From: Chloroflexota bacterium
GTDB lineage: Bacteria > Chloroflexota > UBA6077 > JAJPHF01
Assembly (NCBI GenBank): GCA_035294645.1
Contig: DATGKN010000161.1
Location: forward strand, 102,428 to 166,427
Direction: 5' to 3'
DNA length: 64,000 nucleotides
Part shown: in pieces, positions 39,775-51,513 of the stretch
How positions within the stretch are numbered: the first letter of the stretch is position 1
Layout of the letters: each line of letters begins with the position of its first letter
The notes under the pieces: generated by a model
What the model was told of the DNA's origin: nothing
Seen by the model: only the letters and a program-made list of their open reading frames with translations
Database searches by the model: none
Translations under genes and position numbers: made by a program

Positions 39775-41094
39775 CTAGCTCGCGCCGGCGCCCAGCGGCG
39801 CGGTCGGGTGGAACTGGGCCGCCTCGGTCGAGCCCGCCAGCGCCGTGGTCGAGGCCGCGCCGCCCGTCGCGGCCAGCAGCACCTCGTCGAAGTAGCTGGC
39901 ACCCGCCTCGCGCTGGTGGCGCACGGCGGTGTAGCCCGCGAGCTCCAGCGCGAACTCGCGCTCCTGCACGCGCACGTAGGCGGCCATGCCCTCCGCCGCG
40001 TACTCGCGCGCCAGCTCGAAGGTGGTGAGATTGACCAGGTGCCAGCCGGCCAGCGTGATGAACTGGAACTTATAGCCCATCGCCGCCAGCTCGCGCTGGA
40101 AAGCGGCGATCTGCTCGGGCGAGAGGTGGCGCCGCCAGTTGAACGACGGCGAGCAGTTGTACGCCAGCAGCTTGCCCGGGTAGCGGGCGTGGATCGCCTC
40201 CGCGAACTGGCGCGCCTCGGCGAGGTCCGGGGTGGCCGTCTCGCACCACAGCCCGTCGGCATACGGCGCGTAGGCCAGCCCACGGGCGATCGCCGCCTCC
40301 ATGCCCGGGCGCACCACGTGGTAGCCCTCGGGTGTGCGCTCACCGGTGAGGAACTCGCGGTCGCGGGGGTCGATATCGCTGGTGAGGTAGGTGGCGGCGT
40401 GGGCATCGGTGCGGGCGAACAGCACCAGCGGCACATCGAGCACGTCGGCCGCCAACCGCGCAGCGTTGAGCACCCGGATGAACTGGCTAGTAGGCACCAG
40501 CACCTTGCCACCCAGATGGCCGCACTTCTTCTCGGCGGCCAGCTGGTCCTCGAAGTGCACGCCCGCGGCGCCCGCCTCGATGAACGCGCGGGTTAGCTCG
40601 TAGGCGTGGATCGGCCCGCCGAAGCCGGCCTCGCCGTCGGCAACGATCGGCACCAGCCAGTCGCGGCTCGGGCGGCCCTGCTCGGCCCACTCGATCTGGT
40701 CGGCGCGCAGCAGCGCGTTGTTCAGGCGGCGCACCAGCGCCGGCCCGCTGTTGACGGGGTAGAGGCTCTGGTCGGGGTAGGTATGGCCGGCGAGGTTGGC
40801 ATCGGCTGCGACCTGCCAGCCGGAGAGATAGATGGCGTCGAGGCCGGCGCGCACCATCTGCACGGCCTGCGCGCCCGTGTAGGCGCCGAAGGTGCGCACG
40901 GCGCCGTCGCTCTGGAGCTGCCGCCACAGCCGCTCGGCGCCACGCCGCGCCAGCGTGTACTCGATGCGGACCGAGCCGCGCAGGCGCACCACATCGGCGG
41001 CGGAGTAGTCACGCCGAATGCCCCGCCAGCGGGGCGCGGTGCGCCACCGCTCCTCGAGCGCCTGCTCCTTAGCTGCGTGGTCGACGGTCGTCAT
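39775..41094 (-). CDS. aceA: Isocitrate lyase
   Basis: KKCGH active-site motif and full-length ICL similarity. Confidence 0.9.
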   Translation of the reverse strand: MTTVDHAAKEQALEERWRTAPRWRGIRRDYSAADVVRLRGSVRIEYTLARRGAERLWRQLQSDGAVRTFGAYTGAQAVQMVRAGLDAIYLSGWQVAADANLAGHTYPDQSLYPVNSGPALVRRLNNALLRADQIEWAEQGRPSRDWLVPIVADGEAGFGGPIHAYELTRAFIEAGAAGVHFEDQLAAEKKCGHLGGKVLVPTSQFIRVLNAARLAADVLDVPLVLFARTDAHAATYLTSDIDPRDREFLTGERTPEGYHVVRPGMEAAIARGLAYAPYADGLWCETATPDLAEARQFAEAIHARYPGKLLAYNCSPSFNWRRHLSPEQIAAFQRELAAMGYKFQFITLAGWHLVNLTTFELAREYAAEGMAAYVRVQEREFALELAGYTAVRHQREAGASYFDEVLLAATGGAASTTALAGSTEAAQFHPTAPLGAGAS

Positions 41095-41346
41095 CCCTTC
41101 CGCCTCCTTCCCCTGGTACTGGGCGCCGCGCGGGCCATCCCGCAGGCCAGCACGGACGCGAGACAAACTCTCCCCTGTCCCCACGGCGAGGGCTCTCGCT
41201 GTTGGCGCATTCGCCCCGGCGGGCGCCGTCCGCCCCGCCGCCCGAGCTAGGGGGGGACCGCTGTATGGCTCACGCGCGGCCGCCGTGAACGGCCGGCCCA
41301 GCGTTCAGGCTGCCGGTGGCCCGCCGGGTTCCCACGGTGCAGCGTT

Positions 41347-42939
<1,593 letters not shown>

Positions 42940-43210
42940 GGCATCCTCCTCGCTTGGCAGCGTACGCTTCCCGCGCGAGCGGCTCCCCGCGCCGTGTCGG
43001 CGGCTACTCGTGCTCGTGGTCGAGCCGGCACCACTCCGGGCAGCCACACTCGGTGGCCTCGCTGCGAGGCCCCGGTCGGTGCCACGGCGGGGCCGCCGGC
43101 TGGCCCGTGTCACGCTCGACGGTCAGCAGCTCGCGTTCCCGTTGTCGCCCATCGTACATCGGTCGCCTCCCGCGTACACTAGCTTGTCCACAGTGTAGTG
43201 CCGTACCATT

Positions 43211-43241
43211 GGCCTGACCAATCGGATCTGATGGTCAGGCC
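43211..43241. promoter_or_regulatory. LysR-type T-N11-A dyad (GGCCTGACCA-N11-TGGTCAGGCC)
   Basis: Perfect 10-bp inverted repeat with an 11-bp spacer in the aceB-lysR divergent intergenic region. Confidence 0.4.
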
Positions 43242-43384
43242 ATAGACGGCGCCTATCATGGCGGCCGCGGAGCGGCTGATATAGGGCGCGGCTATCGCCA
43301 ACGCGCGAAATTTCTCTGTTGACGGGCCGGTGGGGGGCCGGGTAGCATCGGGCCATCCCCGGCGCGCCACCGGCCGGTCACGAG

Positions 43385-44341
43385 GTGGGTGGGGCGGTGC
43401 AGATCGAGTTCCTGGAGACGTTCGTCGAGGTCGCTCGCTATGGCAGCATCACGCGGGCGGCGGGCGAGCTGTACGTCTCCCAACCGTCGGTCTCGGCGCG
43501 GCTGCAGGCGCTGGAGGCCGAACTCGGCGAGCAGCTGCTGGAGCGCACCCGCCGCGGCGTGCGCCTGACCGACGCCGGCCGCGAGTTCCTGCCATATGCG
43601 GAGCGGGCGGTGCGCGCGTTCCGCGAGGGGCAGACGAAGCTCGAAGAGGTGCGCGAGGCGCGCTCGGGCCACCTGGCGCTGGGGGCGGCGCCCGCGGTGA
43701 GCACCTACTACCTGCCCGGGGTGCTCAAGCGGTTCGCCCTCGAGCATCCGAACGTGAAGCTGAGCGTGCGGACGGGGCACAGCGAGGACGTACTGAAGAT
43801 GGTGCTCGATGACGAGGTGCAGATCGGACTGGTGCGCAGCATGCAGCATCCGGAGATCGAGGTCGAGCCCTGCTACGAGGACGAGCTGATCCTGCTGGTG
43901 CACCCGGCGCACCCGTTCCGCGCCCGCGAGGCGGTGACGCTCGAAGAGGTGGCGCGCGAGGGCCTGGTGATGTTCGACCGCACGTCGAGCTACTTCGAGC
44001 TGACGCGCGTGCTGTTCCTCGATCGCGGCCTGGTCCCCGTGACGGCCATGGAGCTGGACAACATCGAGGCGGCGAAGAAGATGGTCGAGCTGGGCATGGG
44101 CGTGGCGCTGCTACCCCGCGTGGCGGTCAGCCGCGAGGTGGCGATGGGCACGCTAGTGCCGGTGGCCATTCGCGACGCGGCGAGCCTGCACCGGCCGGTG
44201 CTGGCGATCTACCGGCGCGGCGTGGGGCTGAGCGGGCCGGGGCAGGCTTTCCTCGCGCTGGTGCGCGAGCTGCGCGCGACCAACGGCGCCGTGGCAGTGC
44301 CCCCGCCGGAGGGCGCCGCGGGTTCCCGGACCGCGGGCTAG
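43385..44341 (+). CDS. LysR-family transcriptional regulator
   Basis: N-terminal HTH (ITRAAGELYVSQPSVSARLQALE) and LysR substrate-binding domain. A TTGACG-N18-TAGCAT promoter lies about 40 nt upstream. Confidence 0.8.
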   Translation: MGGAVQIEFLETFVEVARYGSITRAAGELYVSQPSVSARLQALEAELGEQLLERTRRGVRLTDAGREFLPYAERAVRAFREGQTKLEEVREARSGHLALGAAPAVSTYYLPGVLKRFALEHPNVKLSVRTGHSEDVLKMVLDDEVQIGLVRSMQHPEIEVEPCYEDELILLVHPAHPFRAREAVTLEEVAREGLVMFDRTSSYFELTRVLFLDRGLVPVTAMELDNIEAAKKMVELGMGVALLPRVAVSREVAMGTLVPVAIRDAASLHRPVLAIYRRGVGLSGPGQAFLALVRELRATNGAVAVPPPEGAAGSRTAG

Positions 44342-45510
44342 GCGCGGGCGGGGCGTGGCTCGCGCGGCAGCCCCAGGCCCTGCAGGGCGATCGCGTTGAG
44401 CTGGATCTCCATCGTGCCGCCGCCGATGTGGTGGAACAGGCACGAGCGGTACAGCTGCTCCCCCAGCCCGTCCAGGGGCGCCGCCTCGCCACACACCACG
44501 CCGTCGAGGCCCAACGCGTCGACCACCAGATTGGCCACCCGCACCTGGAGCTCGGCGGTGAGCACCTTGGCCAGTGACGACTCCGCGAAGTCGGGCAGGC
44601 CGTGGTCCTGCGCCCAGGCCACACGGTAGGCGAGCCAGCGGGCGGCGTGGACCTGCGTGAGCAGCTCGGCGAAGCGGTCCCAGTGCTCGCGCGGCACGGG
44701 GCGCCCGGCCGCTTCCTGCTGGCGCAGGTATGCCGCCAGGTCGTCCAGGGTGCGCAGCAGCAACCCCACGGGCGCCAGCCCCGCGCGCTCCAGGCCCAGC
44801 GTGGTCAGCACATGCTTCCAGCCCTCGTTCTCTTGGCCCATCAGGCGGTCCTTGGGCACGCGCACGTGGTCGAGGATCGTCACGTTCACGCGCCAGCCAC
44901 CCAGGGTGATCAATGGCTGCAAGGTGATCCCGGGGCTGTGCATGTCGATCAACAAGAGGCTGATCCCGTGGTACTTGGGGCGAGTGGGGTCGGTGCGCAC
45001 GGCGAACAGGCCCACGTCGGCCAGGTGGGCGCCGCTGGTGAAGATCTTCTGGCCGGTGACCTCGTAGTAGTCGCCCTGGTCCACCGCGCGGGTACGCAGG
45101 GCCGCGGCGTCGGAGCCCGCGTCGGGCTCGGTCAGCCCCCAGCAGCAAGTGATCTCGCCGCGGGCGATGCGCGGCAGGAAGTACGCCTTCTGCTCGGGCG
45201 TGCCGTAGGCCACGATCGAGTTGCCGACGAACACCACCGAGCCCGTGTAGCGGCCGGTGGGCGCGCGGGCGTAGCCCATCTCCTCGTAGAAGATGGCCAT
45301 GTCCACATGGCTGCGGCCCTGCCCGCCGTACTCGGGCGGCCACTGCATCCCGATCCAGCCCCGCTCGGCGATCTTGCGGTACAGCGTGGGGTCGTGCTCC
45401 TCGTGGCGCGCCTCCAGATGCTGGCGAATATCCGGGGCGACGTGCTCGCGACAGAACTGGCGCACCTCCTCGCGGAAGCGCTCCTGCTCGGGGGTGAAGC
45501 GAAACTCCAT
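44338..45510 (-). CDS. Acyl-CoA dehydrogenase family protein
   Basis: ACAD N, M and C domains. C-terminal GGGTMEIQ. Confidence 0.8.
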   Translation of the reverse strand: MEFRFTPEQERFREEVRQFCREHVAPDIRQHLEARHEEHDPTLYRKIAERGWIGMQWPPEYGGQGRSHVDMAIFYEEMGYARAPTGRYTGSVVFVGNSIVAYGTPEQKAYFLPRIARGEITCCWGLTEPDAGSDAAALRTRAVDQGDYYEVTGQKIFTSGAHLADVGLFAVRTDPTRPKYHGISLLLIDMHSPGITLQPLITLGGWRVNVTILDHVRVPKDRLMGQENEGWKHVLTTLGLERAGLAPVGLLLRTLDDLAAYLRQQEAAGRPVPREHWDRFAELLTQVHAARWLAYRVAWAQDHGLPDFAESSLAKVLTAELQVRVANLVVDALGLDGVVCGEAAPLDGLGEQLYRSCLFHHIGGGTMEIQLNAIALQGLGLPREPRPARA

Positions 45511-45521
45511 GGGCCCTCCGC

Positions 45522-46649
45522 TCAGGCAGGGATGAACGGCGTGTGGGCCGCCGCGATCAGCGCGCGCTGCGCCTCGGGGGGCCCGAGCACGAACTCCAGC
45601 GGCTTGCCGTGGCGGTAGTACAGCGGCGGGTCGGACTCCACGATGAAGCCCACGCCCCCGTGGACCAGGATGCAGTCCTTGCCGGCATCGCGCGCCACCG
45701 CGCCGGCGCGCAGCTTGGCCATTGCCGCCGCGCGGTGGGCGTCCTCGCCCTGGTCGAGGGCCCAGGCGGCCGTGTAGGTGAGCCAGCGGACCTCGGCCAC
45801 CTGGATGGCGAGGTGGGCCAGGCGGTGCTGGATGGCCTGGAAGCTGCCGATGGGACGGCCGAACTGCTCGCGCTGCTTGGCGTAGGCCACCGCGCGGTCG
45901 AGGCACGCGGTGGCGATCCCCAGCGCGCGGGCGGCCACGGCCACCTTGGCACCGTCGAGCGTCGGCTGGAGCAGTTCGGGCGAGGGGCGCGGCTCGCCCA
46001 CAGCCGCCTCGGCGGGCAACGGCAGGGCGTCGCAGCGGAGGGCGACCAGCGGCTCGCCGCCGAGCAGCGGCTGCGGGGTCACCCTGAAACCGGCGTCGGG
46101 CGGGGCCAGCAGCAGTACCTGACGGCCGGCGGCGCCGGCCAGGTCGGCGACGAGCAGCACGCCCGCCGCGCCGGGCCAGCCCGCGACGTGGGGCACGGTG
46201 CCTTGCACGCGGTAGCCGTCGGCGGTCCGCTCGGCCACCAGCGGCGCCGGGCCGGCCTCGCCGCGGTCGAGCGGCCAGCCGAAGGCGAGCGTGTGGGTGC
46301 CCTGGGCGAGGCCGGGCAGCCAGGCCTGCTGCTGCGCCGCGCTGCCCCAGCGGGCGAGCAGCCGGCCGGCCAGCACCACGCTAGGCAAGTGGGGGCTAGT
46401 GAACAGGGCGCGGCCGGCCTCCTCGTACAGCACGCAGGTCTCCAGCCACCCGCCGCCCGCGCCGCCCAGGGCGGGTGACAGGCCGACGCCGAGCACGCCG
46501 AGCCGGCCGAGCTGTTGGTACACTGTAGGGAGGTACCCGAGCTCGGTGGCCTCGGCCTGACGGACGGCCGCGCTGGGATACTCGCGCTGGAAGAAGTCGC
46601 GCAGCGTGCGCTGCAACAGCTGCTGGGGCCGACTGAGATCGAAATCCAT
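45522..46649 (-). CDS. Acyl-CoA dehydrogenase family protein (second subunit-like paralogue)
   Basis: ACAD fold. Lies 12 nt upstream of the other ACAD gene. Confidence 0.7.
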   Translation of the reverse strand: MDFDLSRPQQLLQRTLRDFFQREYPSAAVRQAEATELGYLPTVYQQLGRLGVLGVGLSPALGGAGGGWLETCVLYEEAGRALFTSPHLPSVVLAGRLLARWGSAAQQQAWLPGLAQGTHTLAFGWPLDRGEAGPAPLVAERTADGYRVQGTVPHVAGWPGAAGVLLVADLAGAAGRQVLLLAPPDAGFRVTPQPLLGGEPLVALRCDALPLPAEAAVGEPRPSPELLQPTLDGAKVAVAARALGIATACLDRAVAYAKQREQFGRPIGSFQAIQHRLAHLAIQVAEVRWLTYTAAWALDQGEDAHRAAAMAKLRAGAVARDAGKDCILVHGGVGFIVESDPPLYYRHGKPLEFVLGPPEAQRALIAAAHTPFIPA

Positions 46650-46880
46650 CGTCGCGTTCCCTTCCCTGGCATGGGCCGGGCGCGGTGGCGCCCCGCGGCC
46701 AGGCTCCGCGGGCCTCAGGATACCGGCAGGGCGCTGGTCGGCTCAAGCACCGCCGCGCTTGTGACGGGGCACCGCCAGCGGTACAATTCCCAAGCTTGCA
46801 CATACCGACTGCCTACTGACCCGCCGAGCCGTCGCCGGGCGCCCGGCGAGGGACTGTACGCACACGCGAGGAATCACCCG

Positions 46881-47705
46881 ATGGCCATCTTTTCCTCGGA
46901 GGAGCGGCAGCGCGTCAAGCGGCAAAAGATCGAAAAGGCGATCCATCTGGCCATGCTGAGCCGCTGGAGCGAGGCCGCCGAGCTGAACCGCGAGCTGATC
47001 AATGAGTACCCCAACGAGCCCGAGGCCTACAATCGGCTGGGCAAGGCGCTGATGGAGCTGGGGCGCTACCGCGAGGCGCGCGATGCCTACGCCGAGGCGC
47101 TGCGCGTGGACCCCATGAACACCATCGCCCAGAAGAACCTGGCCAAGCTGAACAAGCTGGTCGAGGACGAAGAGGCGGGTACGGCGGTCACCCTCACCAC
47201 CGGGCCGGTCGACCCGAGCCTGTTCATCGAGGAGACCGGCAAGACCGTGCAGACCGCGCTGGTCGATCTGGCGCCCGCGGACGTGCGGGCCCCGCTGAAC
47301 CCGGGCGACACGGTGACGCTCGAGGTGCAGGGGACGGGCGTCCGCGTGCTGGGCCCTACGGGCGAGTACCTTGGCCGGCTGGAGCCGAAGCTCGGCCAGC
47401 GCCTCGTCCGCCTGCTGGAGATGGGCAACCAGTACACCGCCACCGTGACCGCCGCCGACGACGAGACGCTGCGCATCATCATCCGCGAGACGTACCGCTC
47501 GCCGGCCATGGGCGACCGGCCTTCGTTCCCGACGGCGGCGGAGGCTTTCCGCGCTTACACGCGCGACACGGTGGTGCGCTACGATACCGAGGAGGAGGAA
47601 GAGGAGCCCTACGAGGAGGCCGAGGTCGAGCCCGACCTGGCAACAGAGGCGGAGCTGGACCTCGAGCCGCCGCTGGAAGAGCCGGACTTCCCCGAGGAGC
47701 CGTAG
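46881..47705 (+). CDS. TPR-repeat protein with acidic C-terminus
   Basis: EAYNRLGKALMELGRYREARDAYAEALRVDP TPR motifs. C-terminal Glu/Asp run. Confidence 0.6.
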   Translation: MAIFSSEERQRVKRQKIEKAIHLAMLSRWSEAAELNRELINEYPNEPEAYNRLGKALMELGRYREARDAYAEALRVDPMNTIAQKNLAKLNKLVEDEEAGTAVTLTTGPVDPSLFIEETGKTVQTALVDLAPADVRAPLNPGDTVTLEVQGTGVRVLGPTGEYLGRLEPKLGQRLVRLLEMGNQYTATVTAADDETLRIIIRETYRSPAMGDRPSFPTAAEAFRAYTRDTVVRYDTEEEEEEPYEEAEVEPDLATEAELDLEPPLEEPDFPEEP

Positions 47706-47714
47706 CGCGGCGCC

Positions 47715-48134
47715 CTACTGCGGGGGCAGCGCCGGCGGGCTGGCCGCCCACTGCTGGAGCGTGCGCACTACCGCGCCCATCACGGCGGGTAGCTCTTCGG
47801 CGTTGGCGTAGTGCCAGGCGGCGTGCCGCGCTGCCTCGTCGCTGACGGCCTGGCGGTGCACCAGGTAGTCGTCGGCGAGGAATTGCTGCGTCTCCTGATC
47901 GTGGGCCACCAGGAACACCTGCGTGTACGGCCCGGTGGGCTCGTCGCGGAGCAGGCGACGGAAGCGGACCCAGGTCAGCCCGAGAGAGCTCCCGTAGCGC
48001 TCCAGCCAGAAGCCGTGGGCGGCCAGGGCGCCCTGGCAGCTCTGCGCCAAGGCGACTAGCGGCGGCTCGCGACCCGCCTCCTGGGATGGAGGCGCCTCGC
48101 GGCGGGCGGCGGCCCGCTTCTGGGCGTCCAACAT
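47715..48134 (-). CDS. Hypothetical protein
   Basis: ATG at 48134. No domain recognised. Confidence 0.35.
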   Translation of the reverse strand: MLDAQKRAAARREAPPSQEAGREPPLVALAQSCQGALAAHGFWLERYGSSLGLTWVRFRRLLRDEPTGPYTQVFLVAHDQETQQFLADDYLVHRQAVSDEAARHAAWHYANAEELPAVMGAVVRTLQQWAASPPALPPQ

Positions 48135-48287
48135 GATTGCAGCCCCCCTCTGCACGCGCGCCCTCCGGCGCGGTACCCGCCCGGCCCCCGGCGGTGTACC
48201 AGAACCATACCGCACCAGGCCGTCCCCGCGAAGGGAAAAACGCCGGCGCGTGGCCGGGCCATCGTCGCACAGGTGCGCGCCCGGGGG

Positions 48288-48746
48288 CTAGGGGAGCCGC
48301 GCCCAGGTGCGTACCGCGTGCAGCACCGTGTCGGGCCGGGGCGGCCGGTATAGCACGCCGACAGCCCCCAGCGCCTGCACCTCGGCGGCCAGCTCGGGCT
48401 CGGCGTGCGTGCGGTCCAGAAGCACCGCGACCCGGGGAGGCGGGACGAGCGCGCGCAGACGCTCCAGCCAGGCGAGGGTCAGGGCCGCATCGGGCTCGTC
48501 GCCCCACAGCACGAGGGTCGGGCGCAGCCGCTCGATGAGCAGGTCGGCCGCGGCACGCTGGGGAGCCACCAGCAGGCGGCAGTTGAGCCGCGCGAGCTGG
48601 TCGGCCAGCGGGCCCAGCCAGGCCGGATCGCGGTCGACGACCAGCAGCAGCGGCGCCTGCCGCTCGCGGGCCCGGCGCAAGAAGTGCTCGACCGCCCCGA
48701 GCAACGCCTCGTCGTCGGAACCAGCGCTCAGGCCGCTCTCGGGCAT
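48288..48746 (-). CDS. Degenerate receiver (REC)-like domain protein
   Basis: LLLVVDRDP...LVLWGDEPD...VLLDRT resembles a CheY-like fold. Start uncertain. Confidence 0.35.
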   Translation of the reverse strand: MPESGLSAGSDDEALLGAVEHFLRRARERQAPLLLVVDRDPAWLGPLADQLARLNCRLLVAPQRAAADLLIERLRPTLVLWGDEPDAALTLAWLERLRALVPPPRVAVLLDRTHAEPELAAEVQALGAVGVLYRPPRPDTVLHAVRTWARLP

Positions 48747-48917
48747 CGGTAGCTCCCGTGGCGGTGCGCCGCCCCCGGTCGTTGCCCCCTGCACAGTCAC
48801 GGCCGGCGCCGGGCGACGGCATCCGGCTACAGTGTACCGCCGCCGTGGGGCAGTGCCCGGGCCGGTCGGTTTGCGGTACAGTCGGGGAGGCGAGCGGGGC
48901 GGGGAGGAGAGAAGAGC

Positions 48918-49841
48918 ATGGCTGGCGAGGCCGATCACGCCGCCAGGGTGGCCGAGCTGACCACGCGGCTACGGCGCGCCGAGGCACAGCTGGCGCAGCA
49001 GGAGCAGGAGCTGAGCCTGCTGCGCCAGCGCCTCGCCGACGCTACCTTCGCAGACGAGCTGCGCCAGACGCTGGTCCGGCTGGGCGCCGCGGCCCAGCTC
49101 GCCGCGCCCGTGCAGTACAGCGAGCTGCTGGATATGATCGTCGCCACGGCTGCCCAGGTGCTCCAGGCGCGCGCCGCGTCGCTGTTCTTGATCGATCAGG
49201 AGACGCAGGAGTTGGTGTTCGAGGTGGCGCTGGGCGAGTCGGCGGCCGTGGCGCGCCGCTACCGCGTGCCGCTCGGGCAGGGCATCGCCGGCTGGGTGGC
49301 GGCGACCGGCCAGCCGCTGGCGATCGCCGACGCCACCCAGGACCCCCGCTTCGCCCGCTCGCTGGCCCAGAATATCGGCTACATTCCCAAGTCGGTCCTG
49401 TGTATCCCGCTACGCCAGGGCGAGCTCGTGATGGGCGTGGTGGAGTTATTCGACAAGCGCGACGGGCAGCCGTTCACCCCAGCCGACATGGAGCTGCTCG
49501 CGCAGTTCGCCTCGGAGGCGGCGGTCGCGATCGAGCAGTCGCGGGTGGTGCGCGACCTCACGCTGCTGTTCCGAGTGATGCTCCAGGGGCTGCTGCCAGG
49601 CGGTAGCGACGAGGAGGCGGCGCTGCGGCGCACGCTGGAAGCGCACGCCGCCGAGTTCACCGAGCGCGTGGCCCAGAGCGAGCAGTACCGCGACGCCCTG
49701 AAGATCACCCAGCTAGTGGGGGCGATCAGCCGCCACGGCCCGGCCGCGCGTCACCTGGCCGAGCAAGTACTGGCCAGCGTCGCCGACTACCTCCAGAGCC
49801 AGGCCGCGCTACAGACGAGTGGAGGCTGGCTGGCACGATGA
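48918..49841 (+). CDS. GAF-domain protein with N-terminal coiled coil
   Basis: GAF pattern ASLFLIDQETQELVFEVALGE...GIAGWVAATGQPLAIADA. GGAGGAG SD. Confidence 0.7.
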   Translation: MAGEADHAARVAELTTRLRRAEAQLAQQEQELSLLRQRLADATFADELRQTLVRLGAAAQLAAPVQYSELLDMIVATAAQVLQARAASLFLIDQETQELVFEVALGESAAVARRYRVPLGQGIAGWVAATGQPLAIADATQDPRFARSLAQNIGYIPKSVLCIPLRQGELVMGVVELFDKRDGQPFTPADMELLAQFASEAAVAIEQSRVVRDLTLLFRVMLQGLLPGGSDEEAALRRTLEAHAAEFTERVAQSEQYRDALKITQLVGAISRHGPAARHLAEQVLASVADYLQSQAALQTSGGWLAR

Positions 49842-50683
49842 TGCGGCCGGCATGGAGCCAGGAGTTCGTTCCCGAGGCGCTGCAGTACCCCGCGCCGATC
49901 CCCGTGCTGGACCAGCTCACCCCGGAGTGGGCCTGGGGCGGCAGCACCGGCCGCGGCGTGCGCGTGGGCATCGTGGACAGCGGCATCGACGCCGGCCATC
50001 CCGCCCTAGGCGGAATGGTACGCGGCGGCGTGGCGGTGGTCGAGCAGGACGGACAAGTTCGCCTGGACGCGAGTCCACATGGCGACAGCTTTGGCCACGG
50101 CACCGCCTGCGCTGGGATCATCCACCAGCTGGCCCCAGAGGCCGAGCTGTACAGTATCAAGGTGCTCGGCGCGAGCTTGAGCGGCACCGGCAACGTCTTC
50201 GTGGCCGGGCTGCGCTGGGCGATCGAGCAGCAGCTCGACGTGATCAACTTGAGCTTGGGCACCACCAAGCGCGAGTTCTTCGCCGTGCTGCATGAATTAG
50301 CCGACCTCGCGTACTTCCGCAACCTCGTGCTGGTGACGGCCGCCAACAACTTTCCCCAGCCGAGCTTCCCATCGATGTACGCCTCGGTGATCTCGGTAGC
50401 CTGCCACGACGTGCAAGACCCGTTCCGCTTCTACTACAACCCCGCGCCGCCGGTCGACTTTGGTGCCTACGGCATCGACGTGCAGGTGCCGTGGCTCGGC
50501 GGCGGGACGATCCGCACCACGGGCAACAGCTTCGCCGCCCCGCACATCACGGGCATCGTAGCGCTGATCCGCGCCAAGCACCCGGGACTCACGCCGTTCC
50601 AGGTCAAGACGATTCTGCGCGCCACCGCCTGGAACATGCGCCACCGGCCCGAGGCGACACCCGCCATGGAGCGCGAGGGCTGA
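49838..50683 (+). CDS. Intracellular subtilisin-like serine protease (peptidase S8), no signal peptide
   Basis: VGIVDSGID, HGTACAG and GNSFAAPHITG triad motifs. ATGA overlap with the GAF gene. Confidence 0.75.
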   Translation: MMRPAWSQEFVPEALQYPAPIPVLDQLTPEWAWGGSTGRGVRVGIVDSGIDAGHPALGGMVRGGVAVVEQDGQVRLDASPHGDSFGHGTACAGIIHQLAPEAELYSIKVLGASLSGTGNVFVAGLRWAIEQQLDVINLSLGTTKREFFAVLHELADLAYFRNLVLVTAANNFPQPSFPSMYASVISVACHDVQDPFRFYYNPAPPVDFGAYGIDVQVPWLGGGTIRTTGNSFAAPHITGIVALIRAKHPGLTPFQVKTILRATAWNMRHRPEATPAMEREG

Positions 50684-50776
50684 GACAGCCGCATCCCCCG
50701 AGTTGTGCCAACGGCGCTCGGGGCCAAAGCCCGGAGCCACTGGGCGGCGGCCGGCCCGGCCCCTCCGCCAGCCGCG

Positions 50777-51061
50777 CTAGCCGGACCGCACCGCGCGGTA
50801 GACGTTGCCCCACGGGGTGGCCTGCCACTGCCAGCTCCAGCCCGACTGGTAAAACAGCGGCGCGCGACGCGCGGCCTCCTGCGGGCCGGGAAACCTGCCA
50901 AACCCTTGGACGTCGTCCGGCGGCTCGGGGGTGCTGAACGCCGCGATGGCCATAGCGTCGAGCATGCGCTGCTCATGCGGCGCCAGCGTGCTCCGGAACC
51001 GTGCCAGCTTCTCCACGAACGCCTGCCGCTCCGCCTCGCTCGGCAGCTGTTCCTCGGCCAT
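50777..51061 (-). CDS. Small protein paralogue A: conserved Nif11-like N-terminus plus aromatic-rich variable C-terminus
   Basis: MAEEQLPSEAERQAFVEKLARFRSTLAPHEQRMLDAMAIAAF...VQGFG, then the W/Y/P/G-rich tail SGWSWQWQATPWG. AAGGAGG SD. Confidence 0.5.
   Translation of the reverse strand: MAEEQLPSEAERQAFVEKLARFRSTLAPHEQRMLDAMAIAAFSTPEPPDDVQGFGRFPGPQEAARRAPLFYQSGWSWQWQATPWGNVYRAVRSG
50906..51061. repeat. Direct repeat copy 1 (about 155 bp, about 97% identical to 51262-51417)
   Basis: Near-identical DNA encoding the conserved N-termini of paralogues A and B. Offset 356 bp. Confidence 0.7.
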
Positions 51062-51114
51062 ATGTCCTCCTTGGGGTCCCTGCCGCACTGGCCCCGCGCC
51101 TGCCCCCACGCGGG

Positions 51115-51417
51115 CTACGTCGCGGGCGGGTGCTCGGCAGTAGCACGCAGCAGGGCTCGGTATGCGCGGCCCCAGCGCGTGTCCTCCCAGCTGGGGGCAT
51201 AACCATAGCCGTAGAACAGCGGCGCGCCTGCCGGCTCGCCGTCGAAGTACCAGCCGTACCCTTGGACATCGTCCGACGGCTCGGGGGTGCTGAACGCCGC
51301 GATGGCCATAGCGTCGAGCATGCGCTGCTCATGCGGCGCCAGCGTGCTCCGGAACCGCGCCAGCTTCTCCACGAACGCCTGCCGCTCCGCCTCGCTCGGC
51401 AGCTGTTCCTCGGCCAT
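51115..51417 (-). CDS. Small protein paralogue B
   Basis: N-terminal 47 aa identical to paralogue A. C-terminus diverged (WYFDGEPAGAPLFYGYGYAPSWEDTRWG). Confidence 0.5.
   Translation of the reverse strand: MAEEQLPSEAERQAFVEKLARFRSTLAPHEQRMLDAMAIAAFSTPEPSDDVQGYGWYFDGEPAGAPLFYGYGYAPSWEDTRWGRAYRALLRATAEHPPAT
51262..51417. repeat. Direct repeat copy 2
   Basis: See copy 1. Confidence 0.7.
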
Positions 51418-51513
51418 CGCTTCCCCGGGGCCGTGACGCGCGTACTGCGCCGCGGCGCTGGCAGCGCGGGGGCCGGGCCAGGGTGCCACTGCCCCCGGCC
51501 GAGCCGCCGCGCG

